Shown here piece after piece: positions 1 through 8,350 of a DNA stretch of 64,000 bases (the stretch's first letter is position 1; every line of letters begins with the position of its first letter). Where the stretch lies: contig CAZNOW010000002.1 of assembly GCA_964574915.1 (NCBI GenBank), positions 32,328-96,327 of the forward strand, read 5' to 3'. The DNA is from an uncultured Candidatus Saccharibacteria bacterium (GTDB taxonomy: Bacteria > Patescibacteriota > Saccharimonadia > Saccharimonadales > UBA4665). The notes under the pieces are model-generated. The model was given only the letters and a program-made list of their open reading frames with translations, did no database searches and was not told the DNA's origin. The translations under genes and the position numbers were made by a program.

Positions 1-83
1 TTATGGCCTGCCTGTCTGAGTGCGGATTAGACAGTTTTAGCTACCTAGTGCAATCGAGTCGCCTGTTAGTTTAAAATAAGTGC

Positions 84-446
84 ATGGATGAATATTCGAG
101 TCTTCTTGACGGATATGATGCGGCGGTTCTTTACGTTAGAGAAATTAGAAAAGTTCCAGATTTAGACAAAGAACATGAGAAAAAATTACTTCAACTTGCT
201 AAAACGGGTGATAAAAAGGCAATTGATAAACTAATCGAACCCTGTTTGAAAAAAACCATTCCCATTGCCATTGAATATTACAAGCGCAAGCCAAAAACAG
301 ATACAAGAGATCTTCTTGATTTGCTGCTTACGGGCAGTACCGGACTCTTAAGGGCTGGCTATGAGCTTAATGGCCATAAAGTTAATGACTTTTGGCGATA
401 TGCTTCGGGTTTTGTTCACCGAGAAATCGAGATTATTCCTAGATAA
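84..446 (+). CDS. stand-alone sigma-70 region 1.2/2-like protein lacking regions 3 and 4
   Basis: 120 aa. Aligns by eye with the RpoD encoded at 34857..35990 (VLYVREIRKVPDL...LLDLLLTGSTGLLRAGYEL versus [14 protein letters not shown]...[19 protein letters not shown]). The ORF stops before regions 3/4, and 447..643 shows no coding continuation. Confidence 0.5.
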   Translation: MDEYSSLLDGYDAAVLYVREIRKVPDLDKEHEKKLLQLAKTGDKKAIDKLIEPCLKKTIPIAIEYYKRKPKTDTRDLLDLLLTGSTGLLRAGYELNGHKVNDFWRYASGFVHREIEIIPR

Positions 447-643
447 ATAATAATACAAGAGCTAACGTTTGATCGGGTTCAACAATAATAACAGCTAATG
501 GTACATTTGTCTGAACAAAGTTTGAGTGGATTTCATTATTTAAACTATTAAGGCATTGTTAAGCTCGATGGTCTCAAGTCTTAACAAGTAGTTTATTAAC
601 TATTTGATAATTTGTAGCGAAGATCAAAGAGTGGCATTATTAG

Positions 644-1747
644 ATGTATATGGGACCAACAGACCAAAGTTATTCACCGAATCTGGCTTCAAATACCAAC
701 TCAAACTCGGCAACCCCTCTCCAATTTAATCAGAATCAATCTGCCCAAACGTCTCCTAAAACAGCTGTTGATTACAGCGCTTTTAGCCAGAAGCTTTTAG
801 TAAACCGAATATGGCTCATCATGGGCATCTTTGGTTTAGTAGTTATAATTATTAGTTATTTTCTGTTTTCGCACTTTTCGGCCACCGACCAAACCGCGCT
901 TAGTTTTCTGGGTGTTATCGGAGTCATTGGCGGATTAGTGCTAGCAGTCGTTTCCCTTTCCTTATACGCTTATAAATATCACAAGGCAGTTGTTGAACGT
1001 TTACAGCTGTTTTTAGCTGCTAACAACTGGATTTGGACTAATAGTAGATCATTTGATAATGTCGCTACTTCTCTTTTAGGAGTTGGTTATGGTCAACGGG
1101 TCAAACAAGAATTTTCCGGTGAATATCGTGGGCTACCCATGAGTACCGTGATTTACGAATACGTTACCGGCGAAGGTAAAAATCAACGGACTCATTATTT
1201 TTCCGATTTACATCTAACTCTACGTAAACCATATCCACTTGTGGTGCTTGATGATAAGAAAAATAGCATGCTTTTTTTCAGAGATTTACCAGAACGAATT
1301 AAGGGCGGCCAGTCCCTGCAGCTGGAGGGAGATTTCAATAGCCGATTCAACTTAACAGTTATGCCCGGTAGCCAGCAAGACGTTCTGCAACTGTTAACGC
1401 CGAATTTTATGGCCGAGTTGATGGATTGTCCTTCACATGCTGATGTTGAGCTGGAGGCCAATAAGCTCTATTTAATCAATCACCATGGCGCCAATAGTTT
1501 TAATGAACAGAACTTGCGGATGATGTTCACTATGGCCGATGTTGTGATTAAAAATATCAGTGAAGACTCGGCTGTTTGGCAAGCGTCCAGTTCGGCAGAG
1601 ACCATCCAAGCTATGGCCAACAGTGCGCTGGCAGCTCGTAATGAGACTCTCTTGCACCCGCGACGAGTTACCATTGCAAGTATAGTAATCGCCGTTGTTT
1701 ATGTTATTTATCAGATAGCCGTACACGCAATATCACATAACAGCTAG
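644..1747 (+). CDS. membrane protein with two N-terminal TM helices and one C-terminal TM helix (possibly DUF3137-like)
   Basis: 367 aa ORF. Hydrophobic segments IWLIMGIFGLVVIIISYFLF, LSFLGVIGVIGGLVLAVVSLSLY and IASIVIAVVYVIYQIAV. The family guess is from memory only. Confidence 0.5.
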   Translation: MYMGPTDQSYSPNLASNTNSNSATPLQFNQNQSAQTSPKTAVDYSAFSQKLLVNRIWLIMGIFGLVVIIISYFLFSHFSATDQTALSFLGVIGVIGGLVLAVVSLSLYAYKYHKAVVERLQLFLAANNWIWTNSRSFDNVATSLLGVGYGQRVKQEFSGEYRGLPMSTVIYEYVTGEGKNQRTHYFSDLHLTLRKPYPLVVLDDKKNSMLFFRDLPERIKGGQSLQLEGDFNSRFNLTVMPGSQQDVLQLLTPNFMAELMDCPSHADVELEANKLYLINHHGANSFNEQNLRMMFTMADVVIKNISEDSAVWQASSSAETIQAMANSALAARNETLLHPRRVTIASIVIAVVYVIYQIAVHAISHNS

Positions 1748-1839
1748 CTAATCCTACCCCCATTAGTCCATTGTCTGGTGCATCCCTAAACTCTTCAGTT
1801 TTTTAGCCAATCTTATAGTGGTTCACAATACGATACGAG

Positions 1840-2250
1840 CTAAGACCCTTTTCCATGTACTACGTCGAATTCAATCTGCATTTCTTGTATTCTCGATTTA
1901 AGCTTGGATTTGTCTACTGATTGCATGAAACCGACCGAATGTACACGATCTGATATTTCATCAACAGTCATATGCCCCAAAACGGTTACTGATGACGGTC
2001 CACCAAGATACTCTGTGCTACCTGGTGAGCAGTGATCGCTAATTAATACTCCGTCTGCATTGATCATACCGTCTTTGTCTTTTTGCCAACCTTCCACAAT
2101 CAGGCTAGAGCCTTCTGGCCTATCACTGTCGGGTGGTAGTTTGATGATATCTCCAAATTGTAAATCTTCAGGACGGATATTTAATGGGTAATCGGTTCTT
2201 TCTGCAGTGTTAGGTTGAAAGTTTGCTGGTGCAAACGAGAATTCAGACAT
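1840..2250 (-). CDS. hypothetical protein (last cassette of the array)
   Basis: 136 aa ORF with no recognisable motif. Its start-proximal leader is shared with the gene at 5984..6709. Confidence 0.45.
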   Translation of the reverse strand: MSEFSFAPANFQPNTAERTDYPLNIRPEDLQFGDIIKLPPDSDRPEGSSLIVEGWQKDKDGMINADGVLISDHCSPGSTEYLGGPSSVTVLGHMTVDEISDRVHSVGFMQSVDKSKLKSRIQEMQIEFDVVHGKGS

Positions 2251-2288
2251 AAGTAAACATTAGCATAATTTAGTGTATTTGGCAAGTA

Positions 2289-2317
2289 TGGCATACCGTA
2301 ATCAGCGACGTTGGAGC
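2289..2317 (-). repeat. cassette-flanking direct repeat, copy R1
   Basis: Plus strand TGGCATACCGTAATCAGCGACGTTGGAGC. Matches the family consensus TGGTACACCGTAGTCAGCGATGTTCGGACC. Lies 50 nt 3' of the stop of 2368..3699. Confidence 0.7.
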
Positions 2318-2367
2318 TTGTCAATTCCTTGCGAACTAGCCTTTAAGTTTCTTATAGAGTGATCTAA

Positions 2368-3699
2368 TTATTGAGTAATCTGTACCTTACTATTTAGCAC
2401 CGCAGTCAATGTATAGGAGCTAGGATTTACGAGGGCATTCTTGAATATGTAATTAGTGTATGAGTATTGAGTTGGATCTGACCCAAATGGAGGGATGGTA
2501 ACTGCTCCTAATTCGGTATTACCAGCTAGCGTGACAGTGCCAGTGAATGTTACAACAGCTGGAGTGCCTTGCCCCGGTAAATTACCGACACAATCCATTG
2601 GTCCACTGATACAGCTAGTTATTGCTCCCGTTATGTCCCCAGTTGTATTGGTTAAATCATATGCTAAACCATTACCGCTCATAGTTATATTATTCGTAAT
2701 AGTCATTGCCAGAGTTTGATTATTACCTTCTATACTACCCATAGAATCGATATCCAGACTACCGCCGTTTTGTATATCAATTTCACTATTACCCAGTCCA
2801 TCAGGAGTACCAAGAGTGGCACCATTCTCAACACCGAGGATGTTATTGGCCAGGTCAACTATCGCACCAGAGCCAATTGTTACTTGGCTATCCAAATTAG
2901 GGCTAGTAATTGCAAATTGAACGCAAGAATTATCACTAATATAAATCGGGCCGCTACCGCTTAACGAGTTGTTGAATTGAATTGTGCTGAGAGGTAGTGG
3001 TGTCGGGTTATTACTGCTATCCACACAGCCCGTCTTCATGTTAACAATTGAGGATTTAGGGATTGTAACGACGCCGCTAATAACAAGCGTACCAGCTTGA
3101 GTATTAGTGATGATTATGTTGCCGTCCAAATCTAAGTTATTATCGATTTCAGGGCTGGCTCCCTCGTTAAGGATTTGGTTTTTTATGGTAAGACCATTAC
3201 CCTTAACATCTATAAATTTACTTGAGCCATTAAATATTAGCTCGTTAATCACTAACCCGTTAATATTGTTATTAATTGATGTTATTACGTTCCCGTCACT
3301 ATCTTTGGTGGTTTTAATATTACTTAAATCTATATCCAAATTTTGTCCGTTTTGGGGTACGCCTAAACTCCAGTTGCTCGCACTATCCCAATTAGTATTA
3401 TTACCCTTGCCGACCCATGTGTTGGTGGTCGGCGTGGTGGTTGAAGTAGGAGTATTTGTAGTTTTATGATAATTCTTATAAACATACCAACCGCCGACAG
3501 CAATAAGAACAACCACCAATATAATCAATACCGATATTAAAGTTTTATGAGTATTATTTTTTTGTTGCCTTGGCTGTTCTGAAGATATTACAGATTGAGA
3601 TGGGGTTGGATCGATCAGTTGCGCAGGCGGTGTGTTTATGGGTAACGGTGTTGACGTAGGTGTAGGTAAAGGGTCAGTATTGTTTGTATTAGGTTCCAT
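2368..3699 (-). CDS. membrane-anchored surface protein with a beta-helix-type repeat region (autotransporter-associated beta-strand-repeat-like)
   Basis: 443 aa. P/T-rich N-terminus, one TM helix (LISVLIILVVVLIAVGGWYVY) and a T-rich linker. Then WVGKGNNTNWDSASNWSLGVPQNGQNLDI followed by G/N/T/I-rich repeats. Confidence 0.55.
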   Translation of the reverse strand: MEPNTNNTDPLPTPTSTPLPINTPPAQLIDPTPSQSVISSEQPRQQKNNTHKTLISVLIILVVVLIAVGGWYVYKNYHKTTNTPTSTTTPTTNTWVGKGNNTNWDSASNWSLGVPQNGQNLDIDLSNIKTTKDSDGNVITSINNNINGLVINELIFNGSSKFIDVKGNGLTIKNQILNEGASPEIDNNLDLDGNIIITNTQAGTLVISGVVTIPKSSIVNMKTGCVDSSNNPTPLPLSTIQFNNSLSGSGPIYISDNSCVQFAITSPNLDSQVTIGSGAIVDLANNILGVENGATLGTPDGLGNSEIDIQNGGSLDIDSMGSIEGNNQTLAMTITNNITMSGNGLAYDLTNTTGDITGAITSCISGPMDCVGNLPGQGTPAVVTFTGTVTLAGNTELGAVTIPPFGSDPTQYSYTNYIFKNALVNPSSYTLTAVLNSKVQITQ

Positions 3700-3771
3700 A
3701 TCATGTTCAGCATAAACAATATTAATATTTATGTAAATGAAATGATATCAAATACAAATAATTTTATTCTT

Positions 3772-3796
3772 TGGTGCACCAAGATTTGGAGGATTC
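3772..3796 (-). repeat. cassette-flanking direct repeat, degenerate copy R2
   Basis: Plus strand TGGTGCACCAAGATTTGGAGGATTC. Shares the TGGT.CACC head. Lies 34 nt 3' of the stop of 3831..4328. Confidence 0.4.
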
Positions 3797-3830
3797 ATAT
3801 CTGTCGGATTAATATGCAGTAAAGGCGATA

Positions 3831-4328
3831 CTAGAACTTGCCTTCTAACTGGATAGCTTCGACTTCATTCATGGATTTAAAGGTTTTATCACCATTAAAA
3901 TGAATGATAAATCCCAATGGATAATTTGCGGTATCTGATAATACTTTGGGTATCCATAATCTATCAGCTGGCCACATGTCATTAAATGGTAGTTGGTTTG
4001 GCTGAAAGAGCTGAGGACGCATTTCTTCTGTCTCAGCCGGCTCACCCGTAAAATCACATGAATATGCGCGACTTACAACACCTAGTGCACCATCAAAATA
4101 GAAATGTAGATTAGCTAAATGTAGCAGGTTACTAATATGTAAACCGACCTCTTCAAGCGTTTCGCGTCTTGCTGAATCTTCATAAGATTCGTTATTGAGT
4201 AATTTCCCGCCAAAACCATTCCACCAACCTTCGCCAAACCCCCTCTTCTTCATGCCCAGCAAAATACCTTTTGTATTTTGGGGAAAAACAATAGTCGTTC
4301 TTTGATAACCAACCTCGACATTAGCCAT
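3831..4328 (-). CDS. NUDIX hydrolase (MutT/MTH1-like)
   Basis: Nudix box GKLLNNESYEDSARRETLEEVGL fits GX5EX7REUXEEXGU. Paralog of 11836..12300. Confidence 0.8.
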   Translation of the reverse strand: MANVEVGYQRTTIVFPQNTKGILLGMKKRGFGEGWWNGFGGKLLNNESYEDSARRETLEEVGLHISNLLHLANLHFYFDGALGVVSRAYSCDFTGEPAETEEMRPQLFQPNQLPFNDMWPADRLWIPKVLSDTANYPLGFIIHFNGDKTFKSMNEVEAIQLEGKF

Positions 4329-4372
4329 AGGATAATATTAGTACTGAAGTTTATAACATAAAAGCGTAAGCA

Positions 4373-4405
4373 TGGCGGCGCCGTAGTCAGCAAAGATGAA
4401 AACTC
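4373..4405 (-). repeat. cassette-flanking direct repeat, copy R3 (subfamily ending AAACTC)
   Basis: Plus strand TGGCGGCGCCGTAGTCAGCAAAGATGAAAACTC. Lies 15 nt 3' of the stop of 4421..4810. Confidence 0.65.
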
Positions 4406-4420
4406 TATGATTGATGCGGT

Positions 4421-4810
4421 TTATTTAATCTCTGGGTAACGGTCACTATTTTTACGATAATACTCAACCCACTTGTTATCTTTATCCACCTCAACATAGT
4501 CAACATATAGTCCTTCTTTAAAAGCACCATTCTTGTCGAGTTTAATCTTCTGTGCCTTAGCTATATCCATATCTGTTAAACCATATTTTTGTTTAAGGTC
4601 ATCGAGTGCTTGCTGTACATCTGCAATTTCTCCTGCTACCTCTTCAGGCTTTGCCTGTGTAATTTCTTTCGTTTCTTCAATAATTTTGAGAATTAGCGCT
4701 TGCTTGTGCCTTTTGTCGTCTAGGTGGTGGTATTTAGGTTTTGCTCCTGAAGCTATTTGATTCTCAACGATTTTATCTCTTACCAATTTGGCGAATTTAA
4801 ACTTAGGCAT
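4421..4810 (-). CDS. MazG-like nucleoside triphosphate pyrophosphohydrolase
   Basis: 129 aa. N-terminal KLVRDKI, then an EE..E...E..D helical pattern (IIEETKEITQAKPEEVAGEIADVQQAL). Confidence 0.55.
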   Translation of the reverse strand: MPKFKFAKLVRDKIVENQIASGAKPKYHHLDDKRHKQALILKIIEETKEITQAKPEEVAGEIADVQQALDDLKQKYGLTDMDIAKAQKIKLDKNGAFKEGLYVDYVEVDKDNKWVEYYRKNSDRYPEIK

Positions 4811-4893
4811 ACATGTACTATAACAATGTCGTTAAAGAAATTATTATTACTAAGAACTATATGAATTAGCAGTGAACAATTTACAGTAGCTTA

Positions 4894-5733
4894 CTATTGG
4901 TATTGTCCGATTGTAGGCAGTTGGTTGTTATTGTTTTCTTGATATGGGGGTTGATTTGGTTGGGGAGTAATTGGGTTGGCAGCTTGTGGATATGTTGGAC
5001 TAGGTATTGGAGGAGTGGGGCTATACGCAGTAGGTTGTGTGGTTTGAGGTGCAGTAGATGGATTAGTTGGATAAGGTGAGCTACTGATTGGTTGCGATGG
5101 AGCATAGGGTATTGTGGGCTGTTGCGGCATAAGTGGTTGAGCTGGCATAGTCATACTAGGTTGGACAGATTGTTGGAAAGGTTGGGTTTGCTGAGGCCAA
5201 GGTTCGGCCGTAGGAGCTGCAGAAGCCATCGGCCCCATATTGTAGATAGTCGATCCTGGTGCAATACCGGCATCAAGCATGTCATTGAAAGTGTCCTGAA
5301 CAATAGCTACACCAATGAGGTGTAGTAACCACAATAGTAAGAAAGTTATGCCGGTTCCGGATTTACCATTCGTGTATACATTAACTGCTTTAGAGAACTT
5401 AAAGAACCAATAAAAGGAAATTAACACGGATGCAATTAAGGAAACGACGGCAACAAGTAATCCAATTATCCCAGTACCGTTTATACTTGTACTGCTGGTA
5501 GCTATAGAGCCGCTAGCTGTAAATGTTGTCTGTGTTGATTGGTTGGTTACTGCAATTACAATAGTTGCAACTATGAAAATAATGATAGGAGAAAACAACA
5601 ACCAAATAGTTGGAGTATGAATTTTAGTCTTTTTGTTTAACTCAGTTTTAGTTTTAACTAACCAATAAATGTCATAGATTCCAAATGTAATAATACTTAG
5701 ACAAAACACTGCTAAGGGATTTCGGCGTTTCAT
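4894..5733 (-). CDS. DUF4234-like membrane protein with a P/Q-rich C-terminal tail
   Basis: N-terminal RNPLAVFCLSIITFGIYDIYWLVKT motif and several TM helices. The C-terminal ~110 aa are rich in P, Q and T. Confidence 0.55.
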   Translation of the reverse strand: MKRRNPLAVFCLSIITFGIYDIYWLVKTKTELNKKTKIHTPTIWLLFSPIIIFIVATIVIAVTNQSTQTTFTASGSIATSSTSINGTGIIGLLVAVVSLIASVLISFYWFFKFSKAVNVYTNGKSGTGITFLLLWLLHLIGVAIVQDTFNDMLDAGIAPGSTIYNMGPMASAAPTAEPWPQQTQPFQQSVQPSMTMPAQPLMPQQPTIPYAPSQPISSSPYPTNPSTAPQTTQPTAYSPTPPIPSPTYPQAANPITPQPNQPPYQENNNNQLPTIGQYQ

Positions 5734-5854
5734 AATGTTTGTTTAATACTCTTTTACGATTAATTTTTATTATTCTACCATAAGCAGTTAGGTTTTTAAA
5801 GTGTTACATGTCTAACACCATCCTCTAACCGGGCCTAGAAACAAAACAAACGAA

Positions 5855-5883
5855 AGTACATCACCTTATACGATGTTCGGACA
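5855..5883 (-). repeat. cassette-flanking direct repeat, copy R4
   Basis: Plus strand AGTACATCACCTTATACGATGTTCGGACA. Preceded by the CCTCTAACCGGGCCTAGAA module (5822..5840). Lies ~100 nt 3' of the stop of 5984..6709. Confidence 0.55.
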
Positions 5884-5983
5884 GTTTTATGTGACGAATT
5901 TTGCTAATAATACACTTGCCAATAGTCGGCTAAATTAACAAATTGTACAAAGAATTCAGGCTCTATTGATTATTGCCCGATTA

Positions 5984-6709
5984 TTAGGCTACTGCACTTT
6001 CGGGTATAACTAAATTTCCAATTTGTTGAGCTACATCTGTACGTTGCTCTTCTGGCCGTAGGTAATTCCATCTTGCACTATTTTGTGCATCGTCAAGTAA
6101 ACCAAGATATCCTTGTGCTACATCCAGTATCATTACATTGCCGCCATGCGAAGTATAACGAACCCACGCGTGACCATCTAATTCACTATTGGGCTGCCAG
6201 ACGGCATTTCTGTCAACGCTGATATCTCCTCTAATATAACCTTCGTCTTTAAACGATTGGAGTAATACTGCACATGCTAATGCTTGGTGACGACACACAC
6301 CAGCATGATTTTCCATGAAAACACCCAGATCAATTTTACTTCCATCAGGAAACTGTGGCAGTCCTTTTGCTTTACCTATATCATTCAAAATGGAATCAAC
6401 TTTTTCTTGTGAATAAGGCATTTCAGTTGAAACTGTATCGAACACAGCCTGTAATACTTTTGACCGCTGTATTTTGCCGTTTTCGATAGCGCGTTGTTTA
6501 GCTTTTTCGAAATATAAACGGTATTGCTCTGGATTCTTTGACGGGTCTACAACAATTGCCTCACCTTTATAGGTGCCATAATATACTCCACCACGGACAT
6601 CCATATCTCTACCGATTAGTTGTCGACCTTGGTAGATAGAACCAAATTCTTTACGTGCCGTGGTAGTGTACCCCCAGTCGGTAGGTAAATCTTTTTCTTT
6701 TTCAGGCAT
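5984..6709 (-). CDS. transglutaminase-like (papain-fold Cys-His-Asp) protein
   Basis: 241 aa. GVCRHQALACAVLL (Cys), DGHAWVRY (His) and ILDVAQ (Asp) occur in the order and spacing typical of transglutaminase-like cysteine peptidases. Confidence 0.5.
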   Translation of the reverse strand: MPEKEKDLPTDWGYTTTARKEFGSIYQGRQLIGRDMDVRGGVYYGTYKGEAIVVDPSKNPEQYRLYFEKAKQRAIENGKIQRSKVLQAVFDTVSTEMPYSQEKVDSILNDIGKAKGLPQFPDGSKIDLGVFMENHAGVCRHQALACAVLLQSFKDEGYIRGDISVDRNAVWQPNSELDGHAWVRYTSHGGNVMILDVAQGYLGLLDDAQNSARWNYLRPEEQRTDVAQQIGNLVIPESAVA

Positions 6710-6747
6710 AGATAAACATTAGCATATTCTTGTTTATAAGTCAATCT

Positions 6748-6795
6748 TGGTGTACCCGTAGTAATAGGAGAATGCTGGAAATGTTGCAAAGGTCC
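6748..6795 (-). repeat. cassette-flanking direct repeat, degenerate copy R5a
   Basis: Plus strand TGGTGTACCCGTAGTAATAGGAGAATGCTGGAAATGTTGCAAAGGTCC. No ORF lies between it and copy R5b. Confidence 0.5.
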
Positions 6796-6881
6796 TGAGT
6801 TTTATACGGTTATGTATGTGCCTATATTTTTGGACTTCAACTTCTAATCATGCCTAACATAAATAACATATAAAATAATCG

Positions 6882-6911
6882 TGGTACACCGTAGTCAGCG
6901 ATGTTGGGACC
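6882..6911 (-). repeat. cassette-flanking direct repeat, copy R5b (extended unit about 6840..6911)
   Basis: Plus strand TGGTACACCGTAGTCAGCGATGTTGGGACC. Its last base overlaps the stop codon of 6911..7138. Upstream module CTTCTAATCATGCCTAAC. Confidence 0.85.
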
Positions 6912-7138
6912 TATTTACTAGCCGAATGTTCGTCAGCAATTTCTGAAATTTGACCACGCTCTTCGTTAGTAATTTTGCGTGCTACACCTACACCATCTAA
7001 GGCTAAACCACCTATTTCGACTGGTGCCCATCCAAAATCATAAGCTACGCCAGCTGCCCTAAGTGGGAGCCAATGCTCTTTACCTGCAATTAACATTTTA
7101 TAAAGAGGGAATACATTATCTGGGGTTGTTTCTGCCAT
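6911..7138 (-). CDS. hypothetical protein
   Basis: 75 aa ORF bounded on both sides by repeat copies. No motif recognised. Confidence 0.4.
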   Translation of the reverse strand: MAETTPDNVFPLYKMLIAGKEHWLPLRAAGVAYDFGWAPVEIGGLALDGVGVARKITNEERGQISEIADEHSASK

Positions 7139-7229
7139 AACATAAATTATCGATTATTTATTGTTATAGAGCAAGCAACAGCACTTTAGGTTCTAACGTC
7201 TAATCAGGGTTAACAGAAATAACAGATGA

Positions 7230-7259
7230 TGGTACACCGTAGTCAGCGATGTCGGAACC
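7230..7259 (-). repeat. cassette-flanking direct repeat, copy R6 (extended unit about 7189..7259)
   Basis: Plus strand TGGTACACCGTAGTCAGCGATGTCGGAACC, 28/30 identical to R5b. Upstream module GGTTCTAAC. Confidence 0.85.
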
Positions 7260-7280
7260 GCTTTATATGTGAATATTGCC

Positions 7281-7877
7281 TTAGGATGTTGCTCGTGAAC
7301 TTCTTAATGGTTTGGCTCTTCTCCCTAGTAGAATTGCCGCCACGATGGCTATGTTAAACAAAAATACGTACATTGGGGCGGCTAATAGAGATGGATCAAG
7401 CTTTCCGACCGCTAGCATATTGAATAACGTAGAAGCAATCCCCACATACCACATGAATATTGTTTCTGTTTGCGGATGCTTATAAGACTTGACGACTATT
7501 AATAAAGCTCCGATGCCGTCGGCAATTATGGTACAGATCAGGGCCGTTAGCGGTGAGTTATCTATCTTCCAAAGCGCAATCGCTAGTATAGCTACACCAA
7601 AACTGGCCACATTGACAAGGTTAACATCTCCGTAGCCTCCGCCCTTCCGCATTGATAGACTAAACAAAATAACATTGTTAATCACGGTCCAGCCGTAAAA
7701 AAATAGTGACGCCCGAGCACCTAGTTGTAGCTGGCTAGTAAAGAATAGAACGCTGAGTATTAAGAAAATTAACCAGGATATACGATGTGGTTTTGTCTTA
7801 CGGCGGTAGGTGTTGTAGATATAAGGTATTGCTCCGATAATGCATAAACAACCAGAGATCAAACCGAAAACGTACAT
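7281..7877 (-). CDS. polytopic membrane protein
   Basis: 198 aa, about 6 hydrophobic helices, basic C-terminus. Confidence 0.55.
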   Translation of the reverse strand: MYVFGLISGCLCIIGAIPYIYNTYRRKTKPHRISWLIFLILSVLFFTSQLQLGARASLFFYGWTVINNVILFSLSMRKGGGYGDVNLVNVASFGVAILAIALWKIDNSPLTALICTIIADGIGALLIVVKSYKHPQTETIFMWYVGIASTLFNMLAVGKLDPSLLAAPMYVFLFNIAIVAAILLGRRAKPLRSSRATS

Positions 7878-7960
7878 GCTTAAATATTAACTCACGCTAT
7901 TAAAAAGCAATAGCGTCTTGGTTCTAACTTCAATTAAGGCTAAAGAAAAATAGCAGATGA

Positions 7961-7990
7961 TGGTACACCGTAATAAAGGATGTTCAAACT
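7961..7990 (-). repeat. cassette-flanking direct repeat, copy R7 (extended unit about 7920..7990)
   Basis: Plus strand TGGTACACCGTAATAAAGGATGTTCAAACT. Shares CAGATGATGGTACACCGTA and GGTTCTAAC with R6. Confidence 0.8.
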
Positions 7991-8032
7991 TCGTTTGTTT
8001 ATGATTATCAGATGAGACTTACTAGTAATTCC

Positions 8033-8350
8033 TTAGTACGATAAGCAACCCGGCAAAGGGTTTATTACTCGTCCGTTAGATACATAAGGCCCCATATTAA
8101 TATCATCGACAACTAAACTCTCGTTCTCTTTGCCCCTAACTATTACACAGCTAGCAGTACAACCCAATCGCTGGCATCTCATCATTAATCTATCAATCAG
8201 CTTATCCCTTGTAAGCCCCTTACCATAGATGGATTCATGGAGAGCTTGAACAACATCATCATCCAAATTGCATTCAAAGTCGCAGTCAACCTCAAGTACA
8301 ACATCATTCAGGCAAGCCGGGCTACTTAAATCAGATTCTCGTCTCTTCAT
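8033..8350 (-). CDS. Cys-rich hypothetical protein, translationally coupled to the upstream VOC gene
   Basis: I favour the ATG at 8348..8350, which overlaps the TGA of 8347..8715 in an ATGA arrangement. The ORF track starts it at 8371. Confidence 0.45.
   Translation of the reverse strand: MKRRESDLSSPACLNDVVLEVDCDFECNLDDDVVQALHESIYGKGLTRDKLIDRLMMRCQRLGCTASCVIVRGKENESLVVDDINMGPYVSNGRVINPLPGCLSY

Noticed and set aside
1195-1726. Three minus-strand ORFs inside 644..1747
   Set aside because: They are overlapping antisense ORFs with no motifs. The plus-strand ORF is longer and has coherent TM topology.
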